Below are positions 12,328 to 24,793 of a stretch of DNA of 64,000 nt, one piece after another. Origin of the DNA: Phoronis australis (Eukaryota > Animalia > Phoronida); contig NMRA01000319.1 in the NCBI GenBank assembly GCA_002633005.1, forward strand, positions 413,546-477,545, written 5' to 3'. Both the position numbers and the translations under genes were made by a program. The notes beneath the pieces are model-generated. The model was not told the origin of the DNA. It was given only the letters and a program-made list of their open reading frames with translations, and did not search any database. How positions within the stretch are numbered: the stretch's first letter is position 1; every line of letters starts with the position of its first letter.

Positions 12328-15300
12328 GTAAGATTTTAATTTTGCTAATTTTTATGCGTCACTTTAGTTTCGTTGTTGCTAAGTACTGTGTAACTCCAAT
12401 TGAGAAGAATTTCATTTTGACATTTAAATATAATGACTTAGTGAAGCCTCAGCGTTAGTCTTGTTCCTTTACCATTGGACTTTTGTTGGCCATTGATTAA
12501 TCGTTTACTCTTGATCTGTTAATGGGCAACGTCTTTACGCAACTCTGGTCTTCTTTGTGAAGAGTAGGGCTTCAATCAATTAAATATCATAAATTGGAGA
12601 AATTGTCTATTGTTGACGATATGTAAAAATAATTTTGTATGGTCATCCTTGAAAGATATGCTTGCCAAACATGGTGTTGGCAAAATTATTGCTATTTGAA
12701 GTCATTTCAGGAATACGGACAGATCTTTTCCAATTTAAAAAAATCACTACTTTGCTAAGGATGCTTAGAATTTCACCTTTGTTTGTTGATATAAGCCAAC
12801 TAAGCAGTGAAGTTATTTTTCTAATGATATTTGTTTTAAAATCTGATGAGATAAAATTTCACTGCTCTATCTTTGAGTCCTGTCTATGGCTATGAAAGTT
12901 GTGCTGAATAGGGGGTGAAATTTGTGGTGACGGAGGAGGGATGGGTCCAGCTCGGAAATTGTGGTGGCAGGTCCCTGGAGGTTTTTCTGTAGTTTTGGGA
13001 TCTTGAGAAATCTATCGTAGCACTGATTACAACGATGCTTTTGTCCTGATGGCCGCAGTGGGATGAGGTGTGTTAGTTGCAGCTGGAGAGAAATGACAGT
13101 AAATTCACCCTCTTGTAAGACCAACCAGGTCCAGAAAATATGAGACACCATTAGCTGGCAGTCTAGACAGTTAGGGAGATTCCTAAGAATTAATTAATTA
13201 TAGAACTCCTGATTTTCCTTATCTTCATGTCTTCATTTCTCATGGAGATCATCTGACACTTTGGAAATATTATTCAAACATGAAGTTGCCTGCAGTGAAG
13301 ATATGGTGAGTGTCTACTCTTCTGCCACATTTTGGGAATAAATAAAAAAAATTTTCAGTCATCAAGCATTTAGAAAATTTAAGCTTTTAATTTTATGAAT
13401 TGATTATGGAAACTTGGAAAAGTTATTCATTTACTTATTTGGCTAAATCAAATGTTAAAGGACGTCACGGAAGTTGTCGATGTGCCTAAACACATCTCTT
13501 TTCTTCAGCTGGATTTGAAGATTTTGGGTCTCCAAAAACCTATCTTACGTTGGCCTTACTTGGTGGACTTAAAAGTTCCGCAGAGGCGCTACTGCGAAAG
13601 TGGTCTTAAAGTATGGAAAAAACTCACCAATTTAGGACACAATGTGACCAACAGCATTTTTTTTCATTTTTTCCGTAATAGATATTAGCATATTAGATCT
13701 GTGCCATAGCTACCTTGAAGACAACGATTCTAAGAAACTATGTGCCAGCTATATTACTCTTTAAATAGAAAAAAGGTCAATTTGACATTTATTTTTGTCC
13801 AAAATTTGTGAGATTTTACTTTGTAGAAATGTAATGCGACAGGGCCCCAGGTGTTAAAGAAGAGCTTTTATTCCTTAGCGCCACCTGGTGAATATAGTCT
13901 CCTGTTGAGGCCACGTACTCCACAGCTGACTGGGCCAGCATATATACTATACAAGTTTCATTAAAATGGTGCTGGGTGGGTGAATAGGACTCATGTTTCA
14001 TTGCTTTGTAATGTCGTTTGCACCTGATAAAGGCCAACTAATAATTACTCATAACTGGAAACAGATCTCTCCTTTATCTCTCTGATGCCCTCCCTGTCTG
14101 TGATAACTGAGAGCTGGCCTGCGACTCAGTTCACAGGCTCAACTCCCGGCTCTCAGACCACAAATTGTTGTTCTGTGTACTCACTGTAACAGTGTAAGAA
14201 TTATCTAAAAACAGTCAGCTAGGATAATGTTGTGATTCACTCTAGACCAGCCTGTCAGAACACATGTGTGTTGCATTAACAGAACTGTTTACTAATTATT
14301 CCGCCATGTTTTTTCTACTGTACTGTGTATCATCCTCAGCTCTGTGAAATGTCAGCTGTGTTACACAGAAATGTCTCAATTAGCTAAAAGTTGTTTCCAC
14401 TGCGTGGGGCTGCGTGCTGGGTTTGTGGTTTGGTTTCGAGGATATGATTTTTTGCGTGGGCTCTTTGCCAAGATTTTGGTGATCTGCTTTAAACGGGAAT
14501 GTAATATGTTTAATGTTTAGTGCACTGTGAAAATGCCTTGAAGTTTTTGAGCCGAGAAGCTAAACCTGTTAACTCATAAGTTGTCCTGTTACCAGGTCAA
14601 ATGTTGGGAATGTCCAGAACTTCTTTGCACTCAAAGAAAATAGCTTTTTGCTGTATCTGGTGTGTGTATTGTAACAATGCAGTCATCGATGTTTTGTGCA
14701 AATTCTTACGTAGTTCATAATCTCATTATGACCAAACTCAACACCTAACAAATTTATTTCCCAGAAGTCCACGCTGATTTACTTAAATAATTCTGTTGGT
14801 GTTGCAGTTCGTTCAATATGGATTTGCAATATGACTGTTCATTGCTGGAGTAAAGTTTCCTAATTTTCAAACTGAATTTTTGTTTGTAGCCTGACAGTAC
14901 ATATCTGTAAATTAATGTCCTGCTGTTGCAAGACTTTACGCGAGACCAATTTCGTTTTTGAGGAAACAATTTTTTCACAGCTTGCATATTTTTGTGTCTT
15001 GTGATTTTCCGCAATTCACGCCCAACCTACCCAGGTGCACTTGGGAGGAGATGGGGCGTAACGAAGGCGTGTGAACACTCCAAGAAGGTGACATGTAGCC
15101 ATCTAGGTGTCCAGTCGACTAGTGGTGGTGCCTAAGTTATCGTGCCAACAGCCTAAGTGCAACGCAAACATCTGGGAATGTCTTACATGTTGCAAAGTGA
15201 TGAAATTGAAAGCTTAATTGGCTACAGGTGGACCTCCCATCTCTCAGATTGTTATTGTTATTCTTATTGTGCCCAGTGTCTTCCTAAGTTGCTCCCTGAC

Positions 15301-18300
15301 CACTTACAAGTAGTAACCAGGAAGTGACTTGAAGCCACTGATTAGATATAGTGCCAAATGATTCCTACACCGGGAAGCAAAATCAGGTCTGTGATAGTAA
15401 ATTATGACACGTTCTGATGGCTTGTTGACAACATCAAGATCCCGGAGGATCAGATTCCTGAAGCTAGTGAGGAGTCGCGATCAAATACTTGTTGTTGGGA
15501 GAATCTGACGAGGGTTGTGTGTGCATTCCCAGTTTCCATGACCCATGATATTAGCCATGCAGTTGCAGAGAAATCTTTGGGTCGGAAACCGAATTTTATC
15601 CCCAAATTCAACATTTCAACCTCACTGACCAATCAGTTCGGTGGCTGCCAGTTTGCTAAGTAACGCTTGTAAGCGCGCGAGGATACTCGTCAAGCACTAA
15701 TCTTTCATGTGCAAAGGTTTTGCCTGATCTCACTCTCTCTGTAGAGGTGTACCAGCTTTTAATTTTCTTACCACCCAGACAGGGGGCCCTAGGTTCGCAA
15801 CATTGACACTCGCCATATGCACTTGGATTCTGTATGAGGTCACCCTGATTTCACACAACAGGGAGGTAATCCCCCCTTGAAAACCTGAATGCCACCATTT
15901 GCCGATCGTCATGTGTGACATTTGTTGAACTAAAACAATGAATTGTTGATTTCAATAAAATTTATGAATTGCACATGTTAAAATTCTTTGTTCAGTCATC
16001 CTTTTTACCGAGGTTTCTCTTGATACAGGCGGTTTTTTTCTCTCTTGGTTGTGTCGTCCAATTCGCCTTTTTTTAAAACGACGTTCCTATGATGGTCATG
16101 GCAGCCGCTAGATAAGTCCCTGCACCTAGGAACTGCTAGCAAAGTGCCAATAAAAATGACCCAATTGGTCATGTTATTGGCATGCTTGGTATTCTGTTAT
16201 GGTACTCTTAGCAAAACCTTTACTTAAACCCTAGTACTCAAGCCAGTTCATCATTTGAATCTTGTCAGTAAAGGTTTACCTGTAGCAAATTGCCCATGAA
16301 ATGTCTATTCCCATGGACTGGCAAAATAAGGAAGTGCTGAAATTGATTTTAATCCTAATTGCTACATAGCTGTGTTTATGCAGCTAGGTGTGCTTGACTA
16401 GGTGTGCTTGACTAGGTATCTGGGTCCTGTTGTATCGACTGTAGCGTAGTTAGTCACAGGCACATTAGTGCGAAGGTGACGCTGACTTTTTTGTTAGAAG
16501 GAATCATTGCTACTATGGTTGAAAACCCAGGGCAGGACTTGCTGACTTTAATAAAATGAGCCCCTGAAGTCCTGATGAGATGGGGTTGTAGAGATAATTG
16601 CTGTGTGTTCCCTTGGCTTGGCTGACATTTCTTCCTCATTGGGCTATGTGTCAATAATATTACAGAACTCCAGGTTGACTGACCTTCTCTTAAATCCTAA
16701 TGCTTGGAGGAGTCTGTGAGAGTTCCCACATGTTACAAGTTTGGTCTTTATCTCAGTATTAGACACTAGTCTGCTGACCTTTACATTTTCTTCTCCACCA
16801 CAAGGCTATCAACATACTTTTTCCTGACTAAGTAGTTGAAGCCTATTCCCTTGTTCACCCCAAATTCCCGGTCATCTTGGCTGAGCGGAAACCAAGTTTG
16901 TCGTCGCAGTGGCGTTCCCTCATGACCCAGAATGAAGAGTAGATATCAGGGCAGTTAGTAAGGCGGTGGAACCATTTTGAAGTAGGAATTTTGCCGCCAT
17001 AATGATTACCGCCAGTCATTTTTATCTAATTACTTGTGTCATCTGCTATGCCTCATCCCTAGAATTTCATCAGAGGTATTTCTGTTCTTTTGTCACGCCA
17101 TCACTGAGCTGTGGTTCAGGTGTATTTTCCTGTCTGGGTGAATGATTTTGTCTCACCTTTTCAGGTCAGTGCATGGGTCACCTCATTTATAGAAAAGCTT
17201 CAGGCTCATGACTCTGGGGTCACACGGCATGATGTATTGCTTAGACTTCATCATACTAATAAGAGGTCCCTATTTACATAGCAAGACTTGAATCTCGCTG
17301 TATTTATCCACTACACTGCAACATACGTCAAGCAGTTTTCTAGTCTCATTTTTATGCCTTTGGTGTTTTTCATGTTTTTTATGGGTAACTTGCTTTTTTC
17401 AAGTATCTGCATTTACTGATTTACTAAGTGATTGCGAGAACCCTTGAATGCTGTTTTATTCAGACCTTTATCCGATACAGTTGTTTTTAGCCTTTCATTT
17501 GCTCTGTGTTTTTGCGGTGCTGCAATTTGGCGCAGTAAGGCTACTTCATCTAGTTTTTGATGAGCTTACATTTGAGTGGTTAAATCATGTTTTCTTATGT
17601 TCCGTTGCTGAACTATTGCTTGGATATCCCAATACATCTAAAATAACCCAAAACTTTTCAACAAAAGCTCATTCAAGATTTCGATGTGCTTGTGTTTAGG
17701 AAGTCTCTCTACTTGGGTAAATTTAGAGTTGATCAAGAAATAGGAGGTGCGTACCATTTCTTCTTATCTATTTAAAGGCAATCATCCTACAATTGCTTTA
17801 CCAATACCAAGTTCTCTGCCATAGCGTATTTTCAGAAGTTAAGAGAATGCTCTACAAGAAGATCTTGAAAAGCAAGCATTTTCACATTCAATTTTTTTCA
17901 GCATTGGTGAGATACTATTGTAAATAACCCTGAAAGGATTAGTCATCCGCCAGGAAATTACTGTGGCCTACAGGTACCCAATTGTGACCACAAGAGGTCT
18001 TCAAGACTAGCATCAAATTCAGTGGCTTTCCCTCAGTAAACACCCTGTTGGTTTAGATCCCATAACTAAACTGGTTCCTGTTTTCTTGTAAAACACTCCT
18101 TGAAATAAAACGTGGTCAAGTGTGTTGATTTGAGGCAAGTTAGTTGCCATTTGCCAATGTAACTGTGACATTTTGAAACATGATCACTAGATGGCGGTAG
18201 GATAGCTAGTGAACAGCGTTTTTCAAATGTTCAAAATTTAACCAAATATTGTTTGATAATAGTTCCGCAATACAAACCATGATAAAAGTAAAGTAAATTT

Positions 18301-19469
18301 TCATGGAAAGTTAATGTTGTTGAGAAATATGATTAAATGAAATTTTCACCTGCCAGCCATATTGTGTCCTAGACTGAAGAACTTTTACCGTACTTGAACA
18401 TTCATCTGTAAAATGACCATTGACCGATTTGTGGCCAGAGTCATGGATTTAGACAGATTACATTTTATTTTAGTAATTAAAAGAGTATTTGAATAATGTT
18501 GTCCTCTACTTAAATAGGTATTGCGTTCAAAACCTCTAATTCCCTGAAAGAAAACAGATTTCTTAAATTCCTTCCATTTTACCTTGTTATCACTGAAAAT
18601 CAAGGTCTCTCTGTATCAGAAGATGGTCATTGAGAGATGTTTCGACCAGTGTGCTGTCTACATACTTGTGTCTATTGATTTCTGGTGCCATTGATGGTCT
18701 GTAGAAGACCATTCAGTCTGGGTGTTCAAGTGCAATTAAAAGTTCTCATTAACGAGAAGCTTCTCGTCTCCGTTTGCTATTGGCAATTAATGTTTTAAGC
18801 TGTAACATTGAAACAATGATTAAGACCCTATGTTTTAGGGGGTGTTCACACCTAACGTCGTTCCTACAGTTAGAGTGTTTATTGCCGAAGTCGTGAGTTT
18901 TAATTGCTCATCACCAGTGTCATTGAATGTGATCTTTTTCTGCTGTTCCTTACAAATTTTACAAGTGCTCAGTTTGACCACCCACGCACGGAGCTGTAAC
19001 CATGACACAGTTATAAATTTTAAAGACCCTTTCCTACTACCCTTGGCGCTTCGTTGTTTGTGGGAGGCTCAATCAGTGGGAATGCTTAAATTCGGTCTTG
19101 GGTGGTCTAAAATTCTTCAATTTCGGACAAAAATAATTGCGAAAATTGACAAAATTTGTATTTGTTAGAGACTTGCTCAACATTTTACTGAACGTTGCTT
19201 GGTAATAGCTATGCTGTACAAACCATGCTAAAACCATAGTAAATTGTCCTGAAAAGTCATTTTTGTTGAGAAATTTGGCAAAATGAAATTTCACCTGTCG
19301 GCCATGTTGTGTCCCAAATTGAAGAATTGTTCACCGTTCTTCAATGTAAACAGGTGAATTTAACAGCGAAGTGTCGACACAGCGCTCTGGCCCTGTTTTC
19401 AAAACTTTCCATTCTGGCAATTCAAGATTCTACGTTTAACTCAACTCGCAAAACTCTTTGTGTGCAAGA

Positions 19470-19839
19470 GTGCTTTCCCATGAGGGGAACTTCGGTTTAT
19501 CGAAACTTCTTCGAAACTTCGCTTGCTTTTGCCACTAGACAGCAGTATCAAAGTTAGCACTGAATGGCAATTCAGTCACTGGTGTAAACGCTAGACAGCG
19601 CAGTTCAATCATACTCTCAAAGGAATATTTAGTGGTGGTTGCGACCTCTACTGATAACTTCACCGAAATTTCTCTCTGTCCTTTCCCACTACACCAAAGT
19701 CGCGGTGAGTACCGAAGCTTCGCTTTTAAATCCTGCTATTTTCATTGAAGTTTTGCTTGCAGATTAACTACCAGAGTAAACCTTTCCCACTTAAACAAAT
19801 TTCGGTAAAGGCAAAGTTTTGCCTCTAATGGGAAAGCAC
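19470..19839. mobile_element. MITE-like TIR element
   Basis: gtgctttcccat...atgggaaagcac termini; a related terminal fragment lies at 4012-4086. Confidence 0.65.
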
Positions 19840-19925
19840 AGATATTAGATGATTGAAGTTGCAGCCAATGGCAGCTGTGATACCAGTATTTACCTTCTCT
19901 GTGTGGTAGGCTTGATTTACCTTTA

Positions 19926-20122
19926 AGGGCCTTTCATACTAACGTCGACGCGTCGATGGTTTGGGGAGTTGCGGTCAGTATGAACGCTTAACTCCGGTCC
20001 TGGATCGCAGTTAAGAGCTCCAGTTAACATCGCAGTTAATAGGTGGATTTAAGACCGCAGCGTCGACGCTGCGGTGCAGTATGAACGCTTAACTCCGGTC
20101 CAATCGAAGTTATCGCCAGGTG
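19926..20122. mobile_element. End of a probable DNA transposon running into the gap
   Basis: taa|gggcctttcatact start, internal repeats (cagtatgaacgcttaactccggtcc twice), CpG-rich, abuts the N gap. Confidence 0.45.
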
Positions 20123-20597
20123 NNNNNNNNNNNNNNNNNNNNNNNNNNNNNNNNNNNNNNNNNNNNNNNNNNNNNNNNNNNNNNNNNNNNNNNNNNNNNN
20201 NNNNNNNNNNNNNNNNNNNNNNNNNNNNNNNNNNNNNNNNNNNNNNNNNNNNNNNNNNNNNNNNNNNNNNNNNNNNNNNNNNNNNNNNNNNNNNNNNNNN
20301 NNNNNNNNNNNNNNNNNNNNNNNNNNNNNNNNNNNNNNNNNNNNNNNNNNNNNNNNNNNNNNNNNNNNNNNNNNNNNNNNNNNNNNNNNNNNNNNNNNNN
20401 NNNNNNNNNNNNNNNNNNNNNNNNNNNNNNNNNNNNNNNNNNNNNNNNNNNNNNNNNNNNNNNNNNNNNNNNNNNNNNNNNNNNNNNNNNNNNNNNNNNN
20501 NNNNNNNNNNNNNNNNNNNNNNNNNNNNNNNNNNNNNNNNNNNNNNNNNNNNNNNNNNNNNNNNNNNNNNNNNNNNNNNNNNNNNNNNNNNNNNNNN
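20123..20597. other. Assembly gap (475 N)
   Basis: Run of N; single N bases also occur at 5283 and 26093. Confidence 0.99.
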
Positions 20598-21015
20598 TGA
20601 AGGATGTCAACATTTCTCTTAGTACGAAATAATGTTATCTATCAGGTAACTAATCTATATATTCCTAGACCTTAGGCTGGTGTGGTTATAACGATAAAGA
20701 GTGACTGCCTCATCTCAGGGGATGTACTACCTGGGACAGGTATGTGCTCATCCGGCAGGTGTGTCCCTCACGTTATCAAGATGTTGTGATGTGATCTAGT
20801 TTTAGTCTGGCGAGGTCACTTAGTTTTCAGTGGGTGGAGGACAGATACATATGTTTAAGCTCGGATGGTTGTGCTTCCCAGTTCTTGTGATTTCAGTTAC
20901 TCTTTGAGTCATTGTTCATTTCTGTTATGTACTGTTTGCCATGTAGGTGCAACGTAATGAAGTGACCTGCATTTATATATGATGCGTGGTATTTTGCCTG
21001 ATGAACGTTCAACAC

Positions 21016-21171
21016 CATTGGCGGATCCAGTGGGTGACAAGCGGGTCTGGGCCCCTTCTTTTCTCTTGGTTTCAGTGATATCAAATGTGGAATTTTCAAA
21101 TTGTTGACTTGGACCCCCGTTTAAAAAATCCTTGATCCGACCCCCTTTTAAAAATCCTGGATCCGCCACTG
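21016..21171. mobile_element. Short MITE (CAGTGGCGGATCCAG-type TIRs)
   Basis: cattggcggatccag...ctggatccgccactg; shares internal sequence with 37599-37715. Confidence 0.75.
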
Positions 21172-24100
21172 AGCGTCACCAACAATTCATACGCGAAATA
21201 TGTGTAGATTAAAGCGGTGCTAAAATCCAGTGTTGTTATTTTTACTTCTTTGCGGCCATTGTGTCGTCAGATATCTACTGTCAATGGTGTGGGATTATAG
21301 TGAAATGACTCGCATGTACCTGGATAAAGCCGGCATTGCAAAGTGTTAGAATGAAACACGTCACGCATCATCTCCGTTGGGTCTGGTTGTCCTTGTTGCA
21401 AGTGGTGAATTGTATTGTGATGGCGATACAAATACCACTGTAACGAAAATCAGGGAAGGAGAAGATGGAAGGTACGTTGGAATCTCAGAAATTTAAGATG
21501 TGAAGGGCAATTTTATTTAAATTTTATTTAAATTGTCTTTTGTCAAAGATAAGTAGATCTAGCACAAAATAAAGGCTTTATCAGTCTTGAGTTCTGTAGC
21601 ATAGCTATCATCACAAGTTGTTCTGGAGTGTGCGCAACAATGTTAGATGCCTTTGAATTTGGAGAGGGGGCCCATTTTGTTTATTACTGCCTGTAATTTG
21701 TGGGGTTTTACTTTGGTATACATATGTCGTTCAGCAACGACTGTGAAGCTTGATGACCAATTACAACCACTACCATGTTGGATTGCCTTTCGAAAGTTCA
21801 CTGACACAGACTATATTGCATATCTCATCCACTTACCAAGGCTACTCCACTAGGCAAACAAGCCTTCGATTCAGTTATAAGCTTACTAGGAGAAATGCTT
21901 GGAGGTATCTTCGTGCTAAGTATTGGCTGCCTTACTAGATCTGGCAGCCATTGAAGTCGCTTTGCCATCTCAACACCCCTGTAACTAGAAAGGTTCCCTC
22001 CCTATCTGTGCTGCGGTCTCGCTGCATTGGTGCTCTTGCCATTGCCCTTGATGCACTTCCATGTGACCCCAAGCGAATAGGGCCAACCCAGATTACACAA
22101 CAATAGAACTCTCCTTTGTCACGGAGATAAGAAAACGTTTGACCTCGTGTTGGAAATTGGGCACATTTTCGTGTCTCATTGATGTTGGGAAGGCAGAGAA
22201 TTTCAGATCATGCATCCACGCGTATTTGTCTAGTTTATCCAACTTTCTCATGTCGGTGTTACAGCTCATAGCACAGTAGTAATACTTCATTCGCAGTGGA
22301 AACACAAATAAAGTACTGCAACCGAGAAAAACTTATAAAGAATCAGATAACAAATAACATGTAAAACTCTAATGCCAAGAGAATGAGGCACCAAATGTGC
22401 CTGACGGATGTTTACGGCATTGTGGGTAAGTACAGGGTCGGCCCTGTTGGATGCAATGGCGCCTTGTCAATGTCGTTAGAGAAGACTCAAAACTTGTTAC
22501 AAAAGAAAATGCAATTTCCCTAGAATCATTTCGAGTTGGGAAAGATTTAAAGCAATCTATGGCTTCCAGTGGCGTACCTCTATGCACGAACAGTACTCAA
22601 CGGAATGTGAAATTTGCCCAAAAACTTGCGTAGGATCAGGCCCTTTCCGATGTGTCTCTGTATCCATGTTGTGGTGACACCGACAGGTCAAGATAATGTA
22701 TCTGTCACTTGACAAGTCTGTATTGGACATAGACAACGTTTCATTTGAGCAAAGGGAGATCTTGCGAAACCTGAATATGCTGGATACATATTCTAGCAAA
22801 ATGACAGCCAGTGAAGTGATTGGTCGGTGAGGTTGGAATGTTGCATTATGGGATTGAATCCACTTTTTAACTTCAGTAAGCAGAGGCATTTTGGGGCAAG
22901 TGTATGTGTGTCGTAGGGTCCACAGAATGCAATCGTGGTTTGATGAACTTGTGACATCATATGACATTACCCTGGTGTGTATTGTGGTAGTTATCTCCCT
23001 TGTCCTTTGTCAGTCATGCTGCCCTGACTTCTCTGCCAGCAGGCATCGTGGGAATTTCTTAGTGATGCCCATAGTAAATCTGATGAAAATCTGATTAGCA
23101 CTAATGTTAAGTAACTGACTTGAAACTATGCCAAGTCAGCTGTTACTTATAAATGAAAACATAATGGAGGTTTTAGCTAGCTCAAGTGTGTAGTCTAGAC
23201 TGACAGTCACGGGGCTGCTGTCTTTTGTCCAAAAGAATTGTTCAAACCAGATTAGGGACCAAGAATTTTTTTATGGGATTATGAGTGAATGTGAGTTTAA
23301 AATTAGGTCTCTCTTTGAGAGTAGTTTGTCTTGGAGAACTGTACCGGTTCTACTGCTATGACAGCATGTTTTGATGTGTTTGTTGTCATGGTCATTGTTA
23401 TACCTGTTCGGTTTTAACACATTTTGAAAATCCCAAGAGAGTTTCATGTTTGAGGAACAAATGATATTTTTAGATTCAGTTTGACTATGCATACATGCTG
23501 CATTGCTTCAAGCTGGAGAAATGTATCGTCAACAGTCATTATCTGGGTTTTGCCAACAGCACTAATCATGCCTGAATTAGTTATATCTCAATGCAAAAGA
23601 TGGCAGCACTGGCCTGTATCTTGGTCAGGCCTGATCAGCACTATTGTTGCTCCCTGTGTTTTCATAAGCCTGTTGTGAGGCTTCAGAACTTAACATGAAG
23701 AAGTGTGTTTTTGTACTAAGTAACACTAAATCAATTTCGGACAAAAATAACTGCCAATATTGGCCTTTTTGTCATTTTTAAGGGCTTCCAACAGTGTTGC
23801 GAATACCTCTATTTTTTCAAAACTTTCTCTGACGCTAGGTTTGGTGAACAACTTGAACATGAAAATGCATAGGTGATGATGCATATGTTGCTTGGAAAAA
23901 TTAACTCAAATTTATCTTCTCAGCCATATTAAACAACCAAAACTAAGGTTTTCATCACCAAAGTTAGGGATGTCTTTCTCTGTGTGTCGTTTTAAATTTA
24001 AATTTTAAAGTTGACTTCAAATTTGGTTAATATTCATTTTGGGAAATCTGTTTAAACTGAATTTCTTCCCGCAGTTTTGTCGTTAGTGTTGGAATCCTGA

Positions 24101-24229
24101 ACTGTAGTGCTTTGAGGTTTGGAAATATTACCGCGCTTATCCGATTTTAAATTGATGCTGAATGAGCCAGCAGTTACTCGAGCAATAGGCAACGTGTACA
24201 CGTGACCTTTTTGAATTTTGAATAGTGAC

Positions 24230-24621
24230 GTCCGCACACAGACATATCCTGGAACAAGATACTCATGCAACGAGTTGTCGCTAGGTTTGGATGTAGTGCG
24301 GACGCTGTTTAAACTAGTGCAACTTATCCCACTTTTTACGACTTACTCCACCTCATCGAGGTGGGGTAACTTGTTCAGATAGGGTAAACTGTGCCACTTC
24401 TAATCGCTGTGTTCCCTACAAAAGTGGGGTGGGGCAGAAGTAATTTTCAGCCACGGTTACATGTAGATGGGTTTTTGCGCGCCGTACTCGCTTTAGATGT
24501 TCATTGTCACGCACAGAGCGACAACTTGCACCTAACCCTAGATATCGAATATGTATGTGTGGACGCTCCACTTTAAAGTGGGGTAAGTTGTTCTGTGGTA
24601 GGCTGTGTGTGGATGGGACTA
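24230..24621. mobile_element. Dispersed repeat/TIR element; related inverted copy at 39480-39995
   Basis: ggtttggatgtagtgcggacgctgtttaaactagtgcaacttatcccact matches the reverse complement of 39891-39940; a second block matches 39530-39620. Confidence 0.8.
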
Positions 24622-24793
24622 TTGTTAGATTTGGCCGACCTGAATAAACTTAGAAGACTTTAAATCTTAAGTCGCTGATGGTATCAGCGTTATTGCTGAA
24701 AATGGAAACGGAAGCCTATCTAAGTGAGGTGCATTATGGGACAGATTTTATCAGATTCAAAGGTCCAATTCGATATTCGATTTTTAGCCAGCT

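Noticed and set aside
13280-13305. ATG followed by a strong gtgagt donor
   Set aside because: Phase 2 from this ATG and a stop in the phase-1 frame, so it cannot join exon 41311 as coding; it could only be a UTR exon
20074-20632. Long ORFs of 167-182 aa
   Set aside because: They consist of N-gap codons
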